A stretch of 64,000 nucleotides of DNA from the human T2T-CHM13v2.0 reference genome, Homo sapiens. The notes under the pieces were generated by a model. That model was given only the letters and a program-made list of their open reading frames with translations. It was not told the origin of the DNA and made no database searches. The DNA lies in NCBI RefSeq assembly GCF_009914755.1, contig NC_060932.1; one strand, written 5' to 3'. This document shows, one piece after another, positions 1 to 15,387 of this stretch (within the stretch, counting starts at the first letter, position 1; the number at the start of each line of letters is the position of its first letter). A program made the translations under genes and the position numbers.

Positions 1-387
1 TTTATGTCTATGACCCATTTTGAGTTAATTTTTGTGAAAGGTTTTAGGAAGGTCTGTGATTAGGTTCATTTTTCTGCATTGGGATGTCTACTTGTTTAAG
101 CAGCATTTGTTGCAAAGCCTATTTTTTTCCCATTGAATCGCCTTTGCTCCTTTGTCAATGATCAGCTGACTATATTTACGTGGGTCTATTTCTGGGCTCT
201 CTATTCTGTTACAATGATCTATGTTCCTATTCTTTCACCAATACCATGCTCTCTTGATTAATTTAGCTTTATAGTAAGCCTTCTGGTTGAGTAATGTGAG
301 CCCTGCAACTTTGTTGTCCTCCTCTAATATTGTCTTGGCCATTCTAGGTATTTTGCCCTTCTATGTAAACTTCAGAATCCATTTTCA
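1..387 (-). mobile_element. Old L1M (L1MB/MC-like) ORF2 3' region, left piece, interrupted by a younger L1
   Basis: Antisense L1 ORF2 motifs (GACCCATTTTGAGTTAATTTTTGTG, GGGTCTATTTCTGGGCTCTCTATTCTGTT). The same element resumes at 2093. Confidence 0.85.
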
Positions 388-2077
388 GATCTTCACAAGA
401 AGAACTATAAAACACTGTTGAAAGAAATCACAGATGATACAAACAGATGACAAAATATTCCATGCTCATGGATTGAAAGAATCAATATCCTTAAAATGGC
501 CACACTACCCAAAGCAATCTACAGATTTATTGCTATTTCTATCAAACTGCTAATGTCATTTTTCATGGAACTAGAAAAAACTATTCCAAAATTCATATAG
601 AACAAAAAAAGAGCCTGAATAGTCAAAGCAATTTTAAGCAAAAAAAGAAAACCAGAGGCATCACATTACCTAACTTTGCACTACACTGTGAGTCTACAGT
701 AACTGAAACAGCATGGTACTGCTACAAAAAGAGATATATAGACCAATGGAACAGGGAACCCAGAAATAAAGCCACACATCTACAGCCATCTGATTTTCAA
801 CAAGGTTGACAAAAATAAGCAATGGAGAAAGGACTCCCTGTTCAATAAATGGTGCTGGGATAGCTGGCTAGCCACATGTAGAAAAATGAAACTGGACCCC
901 TACCTTTCACCATATACAAAAGTCAACTCAAGATGAATTAAAGATTTAAATATAAGATCTCAAACTCTAAAAATCCTGGAAGAAAACCTAGGAAATGCTA
1001 TTCTGGACATTGGCCTTGGGAAAGAATTTATGAGTAAGTCCTAAAAAGCAATTGCAACAAGAACAAAAATTGACAAATGGAACCTAATTAAACTAAAGAG
1101 CTTCTGTACAACAAAAGAAGCTATTAACAAAATAAACAAAAAACCTACAGAATGGGAGAAAGTATTCACAAACGATTCATCTGAAAAAGGTCTAATATCC
1201 AGAATCTATAAGAAATTAAACAACTCAACTAGCAAAAAACAAACAACCCCATTAAAAAATGGGCAAAAGACATGAACAGACACTTTTCAAAAGAAGACAT
1301 ACAAGTGGGTAAGAAATATACGAAAAAAATGCTCATCATCACTAATCATCGGAGAAATGTAAGCAAATCCAAACACAATGTGGCACCATCTCATACCAGT
1401 TAGAATGGCTATTATTAAAAAGTCAAAAAATAACAGGTGCTGGCAAGGCTGTGGAGAAGGGAACACCTATACAATGTTGGTGGGAAAATAAATTAGTTCA
1501 GCCACTGTGGAAAGCAGTTTTGAGATTTCTCAAAGAACTGAGAACTACCATTCAACCCAGCAATCCCAATACTGGATATATTTCCAAAAGTAAGTAAATA
1601 GTTGTACCAAAAAGACACATGCAATCAAATGTTCATCACAGCACTATTGACAATAGCAAAGACATGGAATCATCTTAGATGCTAATCAATGATAGATTGG
1701 ATAAAGAAAATGTGGTATACATACAACATGGAATGCTCTGCATCCCCCAAAAAGAACAAAATCATATATTTGCAGCTACATGGACACAGCTGAAAGCCAT
1801 TATCCTAAGAGAATTAACTTAGGAACAGAAAACCAATGTTCTCACTTGTAAGTATTGGGTACTCATGGACATGAAGGTGGCAACAATAGATACTGAGGAC
1901 TACTAGAGAGGGGAGGGAGGGAGGGAGACAGGCAAAGGTTGAAAAACTATTGGGTACTATGCTCAGTACCTGGGTGATAGGATTAATTGTACCCAAAACC
2001 TCAGCAACATTCAGTATACCCAGGTAACAAACCTGCAAGTGTACCTGCTGAATCTAAAATTAAAATTATAGAAAAAA
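388..2077 (+). mobile_element. 5'-truncated L1PA15/16-like LINE-1 (ORF2 C-terminus + 3'UTR)
   Basis: Degenerate ORF2 3' sequence; 3'UTR GGGTACTATGCTCAGTACCTGGGTGA...GTAACAAACCTGCA. TSD AGAATCC(C)ATTTTCA at 374-387 and 2078-2092. Confidence 0.9.
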
Positions 2078-2092
2078 AGAATCCCATTTTCA

Positions 2093-3860
2093 ATACCTGC
2101 AAAATAGACTGCTGAGATTTTGATTGAGATTGCATTGAATCTATAAATCAGTTAGGAAGAAATAACATCTTGGTGATATTGAGTCTTGAAAAACCATGCA
2201 CATGGAATATCCCTCCATTTATTTAGTCCTCCTCTGAGCTTTTTATCAGATTTTAGTTTTCCAAGTATAAATTCTTTACATATTTTGTTAGATTTATACC
2301 TAAGTGTTTCAATTTTTGGTGCTATTGTAAATTGTACTTTTTTCAATGTCAAGTTTCAATTGCTCATTACTGGTTTATATTAGAATATCAATTAACTTAT
2401 GTGTGTTACCTTGTATCATGCTACATTACAATAATTGCTTATTAGTTCTAGGAGTTTTTAAATTTATTTTTAATTTTTTTAATAAACAGTCATCTCATCT
2501 TCAAATAAAAACAGTTTTATTGACCAGGCGCAGTGGCTCACGCCTGTAATCCCAGCACTTTGGGAGCTCGAGGTGGGTAGTTCACAAGGTCAGGAGTTTG
2601 AGACCAGCCTGGCCAATATGGTGAAACCCCATCTCTAATAAAAAATAAATAAATAAATAAATAAAAAAATTAGCCGGGCATGGTGGCAGGTGCCCGTAGA
2701 CCCAGCTACTCAGGAGGCTGAGGCAGGAGAATTGCTTGAACCCAGGAGGCAGAGTTGGCAGTGAGCCACGATCATGCCACTGCACTCCAGCATGGGCAGC
2801 AGAGTGAGACTCTGTCTCAAGAAAATAAACAAACAAACAAACAAAACAGTTTTATTTCTTCTTTCCAATCTCTATACCTTTAATTTTCTTTTTTTTTTTT
2901 TTTTGTTTTATTGCATTAGATATGACTCTGGTACATTATTGAATAGGAGAGGAGAGAGAGGGCATCTTGCTTTATCACTAACCTTGGGAGAAAGTGTCTA
3001 GTTTCTCATCATTATATATTATATTACATGTGGGTTTTATGGAGATATTCTTTATCAAGTTGAGGGAGATAATTCTATTCCAAATTTTCTGAGTAAGAGG
3101 TGTTGAATTTTGTTAAATGCTTTTTCTATATTAGTTGATAAATCATATGCTATCTCTTTTTATCCTGTTGATGTGGTGATTTTGTAAACTGACTTCTGAA
3201 TTTTCAACCAGTCTTGCATGCCTGGAATAAATATCACTTGGTCATGGTGTATAATTCTTTTTATATATTGTTGAATTTAATGTGTTAATTTTTGAGGATT
3301 TTTGCACCTACAGTATGGGAGATATTGGTCTGTAGTTTTTATTTCTTGTAACATCATTATCTGCTTTGGGTATCATTACAATGATGGCCTCCTAGAATTA
3401 TTTAGGAAATGTTCCCTCTTTATTTTTTGAAAGAGATTATAGGCAAGCTTGTTAGAAAATTGCTAATTTTTCTTATTTTAATGTTTGGTAGAATTTATCA
3501 ATCAAATCAATGGTATTGTGTTTTAGTTTGAATGTTATTAATTATTGATTTAATTTTCAATTGGTATAGACCCACTCAGTTTATCTATTTTTTATTGTAT
3601 GAGCTTAAGTAGCTGTTTTTTTTTTTTTTCCAGGGAATTCACCTCTTTATGTTTTCAAGTCTGTGGGCATGAGTTGTTCATAGTATTCTTTCATTAGCCT
3701 TTTAATGTCCAAGCATCTGTGGTAATGGTACATCTTTCAGTTCTGGTATTAGTGATTTGTTTCTTCCTTTTCATTAATTAGCTTGGCTGGAGTTTCATCA
3801 ATTTTATTAATATAGTCAAGGAACCAGCTTTTAGTTTCATTGATTTTCTCTAGTAATTTC
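2093..3860 (-). mobile_element. Old L1M ORF2, continuation (interrupted by Alu 2522-2842)
   Basis: GATTTTGATTGAGATTGCATTGAATCTATA and GGAGAGAGAGGGCATCTTG are antisense RT-region motifs. Confidence 0.85.
2522..2842 (+). mobile_element. AluS (Sg-like) with expanded (AAAT)n middle linker and (AAAC)n tail
   Basis: Full dimer. TSD AAAACAGTTTTATT at 2508-2521 and 2843-2856. Confidence 0.95.
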
Positions 3861-5299
3861 ATTAAAACGGATTTTTTAAGAAATAAAACACACATATACA
3901 CAAACAAAAACTTTCAAATGAGCCATCAGTTAAGGAAATAAACTTTTCAACTACAGACTCCTTAGAATGGCAGTGCATAATGAACCCTATGAGATGAGGC
4001 ATAAGTGGCATTCACTCATTTAAGCCAAAAACTATTTATGAGAATAGAAGCCAGGTTGGAAATAAAGAAGTCTTTTGAGGAAAGTAAAAAATGGATGAGA
4101 AAACTAATGTAAGAAAATTGAAGGTAAAGCGGATGTAGAAGTTAGGAATTAAGAGACCAGTAGGGTCTTGAGAGATTACTGCGTTTAAACCTGTAATTTT
4201 TACTGGTAGGCAACGTGAAGTTCAGAAAAGGTCCTTTGACCAATAATAACAATAAAATCAGTATCAAAACCAATTTGAATTCATATGTGAAATGTTCTGG
4301 GTCCCTAACTACATTCCTACTAGTAAAGGAGAAGAAATAAGTTTGACCCAGGAAGGAAAGTAATCCGCATAAATGAACCTTTGGTAGAGTTAGCTGTTGG
4401 GAGTTGAAGGAGAGAAAGGGCAGAGGTGAAGAGTTGCTTGTAAGCCTAATACATAGCACCTAGAGACATGTGGAGAACTAAAAGTTGCTACAAGTTGATG
4501 TCAATTTCCAAAAGGAGTCACGAAGTTATTTTTAATAACAGTTACACAAGTCCATGTTATAAGCATGATCTTATGAGAGAACATAGAGGGAGTTGGACAG
4601 GACCCAACTTTTCTGAAGTATAAAAATGGCTCCAGAATAAACTCACATGATACATTCAGGGACCTGGCAGGAAATACATATAACTGAAGTTGGCATATGT
4701 TAGTAATAGAGTGTAATGGGACATTAATAAACTGATGAGTTACATTCATTTGTAAGAATCCAGTTAATAACAACTGGGTAGTGAAAAGCTATAATTTGAC
4801 ATGCACTTGAATTCATGTAAGGTTCATTGGAAACCAAGATTTCAGCAGTAGTGAAAGTGAAGTCCCAGACTTTACCTATCAATGGGTGGGGGCTAGTAAT
4901 GTACTGCTGTCTTGGTGAGAACTGCCTGGAAATTAGTTGGAACCAAATATGTGGAAGGAAAAAATTATTGATTCCAATTGAAAGGGGCTGGAGATGACAG
5001 GACTGACAGCTGATGCCTAGTTCCCCACTGCCAGGGCCAAATCGAATCTGGAAGATTGGAAGTTATGTGAATCAGCCCAAGGTGGAATTACAAACTAGAG
5101 AGACCAGCTGTGATGTTTCTGGACATTGCCAGAGAAGCCAGAGATGGTCCCAATCAAAAAGACAAAACCAGTGAGGGGCATCTTAAGGTCATTAAATAAA
5201 AAATAGCATTGATTGTTAGAGCCAAAAGACTTTTTAAGCTCATAGTCATAGGTTAAGGCAGGAATTCAAGGACAGCAGATAATTTTAAGAAAAGGAGAG

Positions 5300-5474
5300 C
5301 TTTCAGAGAACTCAGACTGGCAAACACCTTAATTTTAGTCTTGTGATACCCTGAGCAGAGAACTCAGCCATTCTTTGCCAGACTTCTCACCTAACTGATG
5401 AGCTAATGAATCAGTGTTGTATTAAGCCACTATGTTGCTGGTAATTTGTTATGCACCAGTTGAAAACTAGCACA
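5300..5474 (+). mobile_element. MLT1-type (ERVL-MaLR) LTR 3' fragment
   Basis: TAAGCCACTATGTTGCTGGTAATTTGTTATGCA...GAAAACTAGCACA is a typical MLT1 LTR end. Confidence 0.7.
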
Positions 5475-5949
5475 AAGAGCGTGCCCCTTGAATCCTACCT
5501 CTGCCCTAGCTCTAGTAGGCTCTCAGAAAATTGCTCTGATTGGTATATGCCTAAATCTGAACCAATCACTGCAGCCAGGGTAAAGGAGAATTTCCCCATT
5601 GGCCTAGACAGGTCATGAGCCCACCCCTTAACCAATGGAATTGGAGTAGAAAGAACAATTTATAAATAGCAGTCCTCATGGAACATTGTCAAAAATGTAG
5701 TTGATGCAGAGGATGTGCAGGTGGGTGGATGCTGTTTACAGAAGATGGAAGGAATGTATGTTACAGCAAGAAACACTTTCAGCATCACAAGAAAAACAAA
5801 ATTAAATTTTCATTCTGGCTGAAAAGTGAAGAAAGGATTAGATACCGACAGGACTGTAGACAGGGGATTAATGCGAAGACACTTGCAGTAATCTCTTAGA
5901 GAGAAGACTGTTGCCTAAACACGAGTAGTACCAATAGGAAGTAATACAC

Positions 5950-6025
5950 CACCTAGCCCAGAGGCTGGCACAAACTTAGCACTAAATATTTTTTTGAAAA
6001 AATAAATGAATGAATGAATGAATGA
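5950..6025 (+). mobile_element. L2 3' end with (TGAA)n tail
   Basis: GGCTGGCACA...AAATATTTTTTTGAA followed by (ATGA)n. Confidence 0.65.
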
Positions 6026-7374
6026 GGGAGGATTGACAGAAATGTGAATAATTTCTAGAGGTATTTAAAAGATTTAACCAAAATTAGATCAAAGCACTAA
6101 GAAAAATCATTCCTTTGAAATGGTTCTTTAGCTGTGCAAACTGTGTCTACAGGACCGCAGAACTAAAGCCTTCTTTAACAGAGCAGGCATGTCAGACTGT
6201 GACATTAGAATGCTTGATACTTTTATGCATCACTGGGACATGATTACATAACACCCTGGATGCCTTCAATCTGCCTTCGCAGACCTCTTGCTGTTATTTA
6301 TGAATCACTGCAAGCTGACATAACTTTGCATTTCCTCCTTTGCCATATGTCTCCAGTCCCTTGTCATCATTGTTCATCACCAAGGTAACCCCCTTGCTTC
6401 CTTTCCATTAATTTGCATGACTAAGATGCCCTCCCAATCAAATGAAGCCCCTTGTCCTCCGATGCCCGCTGTGGCTGCCTTTGCTGAAAGCCCTTGCCTG
6501 CGCTGTGACCTTGTTTAACTCTGATATTTTCCAATTCATTAACTCTGAAAATGTCCTTAGATGGGTGAAGTTATTTCCCTCCATTAACTTTCAGCAATAC
6601 GGCCTTGTGTTCAGATGTAGACCCTAGTAAGTAGCCAGAAGTGGAGGTGAGAAGCCAGACCATTGAATCAGGGCACCAATAACTCTAGATAAATCACTTG
6701 GCTTGTGCTGCTGAAGGTGATTAATCTCTGGCTTGGGTCTGTCTTCTTATGTTTACCTATCCTGTAGTTGCAGAGTCTCGTGAGGTCTGACCCACAGGAC
6801 TATAAGTCTTGAGGGCAGGAATTATACTCAACAAACAGTTGAGGGCCTTCCATGCCTTTGGTTCCATACCAATGGCTGGGCATATAATGGTTTGGAAAAT
6901 AGGCATGTTCCCATCTTTCATGGAACATAGAGTTGAGTGGGGAGATGAGCATTAGTCATATAATCGAAGGTAATAATCAGCTGTAGGAATACTCTAAAAG
7001 TGTAATAGTAAAGAAAACCCTACTGGAAAGAAATGACATTGACCTAATATGTGAAGTATAAACAGAAGCTAAGGAGCTAAAAATGACACAGTAAATAATC
7101 CCTCTTCTATCTTCTAGAGCTATTATAAATAAATGTTCTCTCCTTTATATATAAGAGCCCTCAAATCATATAGTTTATTATATCCATATTTGTTTGTTTC
7201 TTCTTAGCAAAACAAAAACATCATGCTATTTTTAGCCCCTATTCTTACTACCTAAGTCTTTTTCCTCTCAGTAGTTCCTTGTTTGTTTGTTGATGTCCTG
7301 ATTGAATTTCTCAGTGTCACTTCAGGGACGATATTAATGCAAAAAAAAATTCACATTTCTTGGCCACTAATATT

Positions 7375-7545
7375 TGAGGCACTGTATGAGGCACTTTACA
7401 GATGTTCATATTAACCTTTAAGGGAATGAGCAGTTATCACTAGCCTTATTTTATAAATGATTAAACTGAGGCTACAGAATGTATTGAAGACCACACAGCT
7501 GTCGGTGGTACAGTGGGTCTTTTTGATTCCTAAAACATTGTAACT
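7375..7545 (-). mobile_element. MIR
   Basis: Core TTTTATAAATGATTAAACTGAGGC...CCACACAGCT. Confidence 0.65.
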
Positions 7546-8094
7546 TCTTCTGCATTACACTATATCCATGGATTTGGCCACCACGTATCTGTGTAGCCTG
7601 AGACAGCATTAGCTTTTTCAGCAGCCATGTCATATATCTGGCTCCTTTGGATTTTGTGGACAAAGGAAACATTAGATCTTCCTAGACATCTGTGCATGTC
7701 TGTGTTTCTATATACAGATACACCTGTACTTCATCACTTTTTTGCTGCAATTGACTTAGATTCCAATTCTGTGAGATTTTTTGTTTATCTCTATTAGAGT
7801 TCATCTTGCTGAGCTTCAAAAATCTTTCCAGTTTGCTAAGTGACTTTAAGTATTGATTCCTTTACCCAGCATGTAGTTCTTCTTTTTAGCTCCAGGCAAT
7901 GTGGAATGTATGCTTTCTATGGTCTCCTTTAAGCCTTTTTAGTTAAAAGTGATCAATAAGATTATATCTCGTGTTTGGAATCTGAAATCCTATGTTTTCT
8001 ATTCCAAAACTTTTAACCTCCTTTCTTGTCTCTTCATTCTTATGGATTCAAATCTATGGCCCCATTGAACTACCCAAAATTGCCTCAAATGCTC

Positions 8095-9990
8095 AGTGCC
8101 TGTTTTCATGGATTGGAATAATTAATATTTTTAAGACACCTGCAACTACAAAGAGTGATCTGCAGAGTCAATGTAATCCATATCAAAATTTCAATGGCAT
8201 TTCTCACAGAAATAGTAAAAATGATCTTAAAATCCATGTGGAACTACCAAACGACCTCTATACCCAAAATAATTTTGAATAAGAAGAACTAAGCTGGAAG
8301 CATCACACTTCCTTATTTTAAACCATATTGCAAAGCTATAGTAATCAAAACAGTGTGATGCCAGCATAACAGCAGACACATAAACTGATGAAACAGAATA
8401 CAGAGCCCAGAAATAAACCCAGTCATATATAGTCAAGTAGTTGTTAAAAGGGCCATCAAAAATATACAATAATGAAAGGATAGTCTCTTCAACAAATGGC
8501 ATTGAGAAAACTGAGTATCTACATGAAAAAAAATAAATTGGACCATTATCTTACACCATACACAAAAATTAACTTGATGTAAATTAAATGTTCAAATGTC
8601 AGATCTGAAATCATGATCTTACACGTTTCCTAGATGAAAACATTGTGGAAGAAAGCTCCTTGAAATTGGTCTTGGCAATGGATTTTTTAATATGCCCCAA
8701 AAGCAGAGGCTATAAAAGCAGAAATAAACAAACACTATTGCATCAAACTGAAAAGCTTCTGAACAGAGAAGGGAACAATTGACAAAGTAAAGAGACAACC
8801 CACAGATTGGGAGAAAATATTTGCAAATCATATATCAAAGAAGAAGCTAATATCTAAAATATATAAGGAACTCCTACAACTCATTAGCAAGAAAACAAAT
8901 AACCTGATCCAAAAATGAGCATAAGACCTGAATAGACATTTATCAAAAGAAGGCACACATATGGCCTCCAGGTATATGAAAAAGTGCTCAACATCACCAA
9001 TAAGCATGGAAATGCAAATCAAACTACAATGAAGTATCACCTCACACTCATCAGGATGGTTATTATCAAAAATACAAGAAATAACAAGTGTTGATGAGGA
9101 TGTGGAAAAAAAGGGAACCCTTGGACACCATTAGTGGGAATGTAAATTGATACAGCCATTATGAAAAATAGTATAAAGATTCTTTAGAAAATTAAAAATA
9201 GAACTAGCCTATGATTTTAGCAATCTCATTTCTAGGTACATATCAAAGAAATGAAATTTTTTTGTCAAAGAAATGTTTGCACTCCCATGTTCATTGCAGC
9301 ATTATTCACGATACCCAAGGTATGAAAGCAACCTGAGTGTATGTTGACAGATGACTGGATAAGGAAATTGTGGCACACACACAAACAAACAATGGCATAT
9401 TATTCAGCCATAACAAAGAAGGAAATTCTGCCATATGTGACAACATGGATGAACCTGGAGGACAGTATGCTAAGTGAAATAAGCTACACACAGAAAGATA
9501 AGTATTATGATCTCACTTATGGACGTAACCTAAAAATATCAAACTCAGAGAAGCAGAGAGTAGAATGGTGGTTGCCAGAGGCTGGCATGGAGGAACAGAA
9601 TGAAGAGATGTTGGTCAAAGTTACAAGATAAGCATGTTCTGAGGATCTAACTACACCACAGTGACTATAGTTAATTATGCTATATCATACACCCGAAATC
9701 TTCTGACAGAGTAGATGTTAAGTATCCTCACTGCCCCCTAGCCCAACCAATGGTAACTATGTGAGGTGATGGGTGTGTTAATTAGCTTGATTGTAGTAAT
9801 TATTTTGCCACTGGCACATAAAACATGTCTAAGAAATACTGATTTTTACTTACTTTCCATGTTCCTTCCTTCCTTTGCAGTATGGTTATTACATACTACA
9901 ATGTGATCCAATCATCACATTGTACACCTTAAATATATGCAATTTTTATGTGTCAAATATATCTCAAAAACCTGGAAATAAAAAGAGTAA
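8095..9990 (+). mobile_element. 5'-truncated L1MA (MA8/9-like)
   Basis: ORF2 3' remnants (ORF 9341-9631 TDDWIRKLW...TTWMNLED); 3'UTR GGTAACTATGTGAGGTGATGG...CATTGTACACCTTAAATATATGCAATTTTTAT. Confidence 0.88.
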
Positions 9991-10174
9991 ACAAAAAGAA
10001 CAAAACAAAAGAATAGTATATTCCCAAAGCCCCCTGCCATCAATCTGAATTCAGTGTCCTTGCTGCTTGTTTCTTAAGCCCAGAATGTATTCCTATCATG
10101 TTACTTTTATACTGTATAGTAATCTGATTTTTTCCTTGCAAGACTAAAAAAGATATTATCTTTCCTGTCCATGA

Positions 10175-10523
<349 letters not shown>

Positions 10524-11384
10524 CACATGGCACATTTTAAAAGCTCAATGTGTGTAAGTAGCATTTAAGATGCCTTTAACTGAATCAGGTGGGGTTGCAT
10601 TGGTCTCTGTTGTGCCTTCTGCATAATAATAAAGCAAGAAACAATAAATGAATATCCTAAAGACTGTCCTATTTTTTTTTTATATTGATCAACAGGTCAA
10701 AAAGTGCAATGCTGTTCTTTGAATTTGCCATGTGCCAATTTCTGGAGAAGTCTGCCCTTCATGCTTTCCAAATGTTCCCTCAATCCATATTCAGTGCCCC
10801 AGGGAATAGTGACACTAACTGCTTAAGGCTGCCACTCCACCAGCACAGAGAGCACCATAAAAAGCAACTGTGTCATTTCCCAGCCTTGAAGAAGCACTGA
10901 CGTGGCTTCCTACAACTGCAAATCACTGACCCTTGAAACTGACTGAAACCCTTGAGTAACACCAGGAGAACAGAAAATATGAATCTTGAAAATGATGTCA
11001 CCCATTCCTAGACCTTCCAAACACCATGGCCATGATCAGATTTAGATTCAACACAGATCATTTGAGTGCCTAAAGTGTGCCCTTTTTTACTCAATCTTGT
11101 ACTCTGTTATGGTCTAGTATTATTATGCCCATTTCAGAAATAAAATAAGTCTCAGAAAGAAAGCCACTGCCAGGCCAACAACAATGTGTCTATGGAACAG
11201 GTACAGATTCCTCAGGGTCACCTTGCTCTCACCTGTGGATATTCAGGAGACACAATGAGAGCCTTCTTTTGCCTTGTCCACCAGAGTGATGACTTGGATA
11301 ATGATTTTCCCTCTCATTGGGATGTGACGTCTAATCTATACCTGTACTTAGAGATCCATCTATAGTAACTTGTTGAGCTTACCT

Positions 11385-11585
11385 GCCTGTCACTTTACAT
11401 ACTTTATTTTAGTTTATCTTTATTAATCCTTACAAGGTCTATATTATTAGTCCCATTTTCTAGTTGAGGAAACTGAGACATAAAAAGATTAAATAACTTG
11501 TTCTAAAAATATAGTTAATAAAGAGCAGGGTTGGGATTCAAATCTGGGCTGTGCATTCCAGCTTTTAATCACTAAGCTATACTGC
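11385..11585 (-). mobile_element. MIR
   Basis: CCCATTTTCTAGTTGAGGAAACTGAGAC core; GGGATTCAAATCTGG B-box remnant. Confidence 0.75.
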
Positions 11586-11684
11586 TTTACTCTCTGAGCT
11601 ACTGCTTATCCACAAAGCCTTTTTTAAGCCAGTAGTCAACAGAACTCTCCCCTTTGGAATAGGATCTTTTATGAAGAGGGAAAG

Positions 11685-11895
11685 CTCTGGAGCTATAATT
11701 CTGAGGTTCAGTTCCCTGCTCTGTCAGTTACTGTGTGCTCTCTAGCAAGTTATTTAACTTTTTTTCTATTTTCCATATGTGTACAATTTTAATGTTAACA
11801 ATACCTACTGAAAGAGATGATTGTAAGTGCTAAATTAGTGAATACAAGTAAAGCATTTAGAAGACTATTCAGTGCCTGTTAAGCACTTACAGGAG
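11685..11895 (+). mobile_element. MIR
   Basis: CTCTGGAGC...GCAAGTTATTTAAC...GTAAAGCATTTAGAA. Confidence 0.7.
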
Positions 11896-12459
11896 TTAAT
11901 GACATTGCTATCTCCATTAATGGCACAGTCTACTCCCTGCTGTGTGGTCTATCTTCCCTGTAATACCATAAGGTCTCTGAGAAGTACCTTATTCTATTAA
12001 TTTTTATATCCCCATATACACAAAGGCACAGAGTAGGAATTCAATAGATGTTCATTGAATGATTGATGAAAGACCAGAAGAATTCACTCCTGCACCTAAT
12101 TCAGACCTGCATTCCCCTACATCAGACTTCTAGGTCACTTTCCCTGAGTTTAGCAATTTGATAAAGTAATTTAAGCTAAGAAATAACTGATAGCAATGAA
12201 TTATTAAACCATCTTAAGGTGCTTTCCACCTCAATCCTCAGAGTATTTTAATTTTAGAACACAATTCCATTTTCCATTCTTACAACTAACATTTATTGAG
12301 TTGTCTGTGCTAGGTATTAATAGAAACACTAAAGGGTTATACAAAGGTAAATAAGCTATGGCATATATGTTCAAGGAAATAATGTTTTTGCAAGAAAAGG
12401 GTATCACTAATAACCATACTACAAAGGAAGGAAAGAACATGGAAAGTCAGTGAAAATGA

Positions 12460-12650
12460 GTATTTCTTAGACATGTTTTATGTGCCAGGCATTTTACATG
12501 TTAATGCTTCAGTTAATACTTAGAACAGTTATAATTAGGTAGTACCATTATCACTGTTTTACAAATAGGAAAACAGAAGCTCCAGGAAGTTAAATAAATT
12601 GCCAAGAGAAACACAGCTGGGAAGTGATAGGGCTAGAGTTTGAATCCATG
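12460..12650 (-). mobile_element. MIR
   Basis: TGTGCCAGGCA...TTTTACAAATAGGAAAACAGAAGCTC...TTTGAATCCA. Confidence 0.7.
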
Positions 12651-13488
12651 ACCATGCTAAAGCTGGTAAGTATCATGGCATAAATGAAGTAGCTCAAAAC
12701 ACCATAAGGAAACTGGTTATAGAAATCCACTCAAGTCTTTAAACTCTGCTTCGCCTTATTTTCTTATCTACAAAGTGTAGTCTATAGAGATGATTTTAGA
12801 GGCTTCATACCTAATTTGAGACCTTAAAGATTATCTAAAGCAATGTTCTTCAAATACATTAGATAGTTTTTAAGGTTCTAAATGCCCTCCCCAAAACCTT
12901 TCCCAAAGCCTTCCAAGGAATGCTCAGGCGCTAATAAAATTATAAATCAGTTTCTAGGAATTAACCATCGTTCACACTTGTACTTTATAGCATCATGCAA
13001 TATCTCCTTTTCCACCCCATTCTTCACAATAGCCCCTCTCCCACTAAACTTATGGAAGTCATAATACTCAGCTATCCAGAATCTCATTATGGAGAATTGC
13101 TCCAGATATGAATATCTTCAGAACATCAAATAAAACAATAGTTTAAGATAGTATTTTCTAGAAGACTCTTTAATGAACCATTATAGCACCAAAATTTCAC
13201 ATTCATCATGGAGTTCTATATTTCCTGTAAAGATCAAAGCATGGCTTTGGAAATTGTGTGCTTTGGCCCTTTTTGACAGATCCTGAAGGCAAGAAGAATT
13301 TCAGTGGTAAGCATGATGATGAATTTCCTCTTGTGATCTAGATTTTATCCCCAAATTGTTGTTACAAAAATTCATGGTTTGCGGGTAGAGTCCTAAGAAA
13401 GCATGTCAAAGGGCATAGATAGCATGTTGAAGAAATATCAAACCCTGTAAATGTCATTTATTTACTTATTTAAGTATAAGCAATTATT

Positions 13489-13556
13489 TTTAACTCCTAA
13501 GGACTTTTCATCACCTAAAAAGTTTAACTCCTAAGGACTTTTCATCACCTAAAAAG
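13489..13556. repeat. Perfect 34-bp tandem duplication
   Basis: TTTAACTCCTAAGGACTTTTCATCACCTAAAAAG at 13489-13522 and 13523-13556. Confidence 0.97.
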
Positions 13557-13599
13557 AAAAAAAAAAAGCACAATACTTAAAAACAGAATAGATTAATGA

Positions 13600-15125
<1,526 letters not shown>

Positions 15126-15387
15126 CTGCCATTTAAAAAAAAAAAAAATGCTTTCATTTGCCAAACACCTGCCTCCTAGAGTGTTTGAGCCAGAAACTGA
15201 AGAAGTAAAGGGCACACTCACCTCTGGAGAGCTGCAGTATCCCTGACCAATCGCCCTCACTGACCTAGACACAGGCTTCTGCTATGAGCCCACTGCTGTG
15301 CTTTGGACTCCATTCCCTGGGAGAGAGACACAGACCCCTCCCAACCATCCCTGTCCCTGCATAGAGGTACATGTTTGACTTTTGAAG

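Noticed and set aside
13489-13556. CRISPR-like repeat
   Set aside because: Two adjacent copies, no spacer, eukaryotic context.
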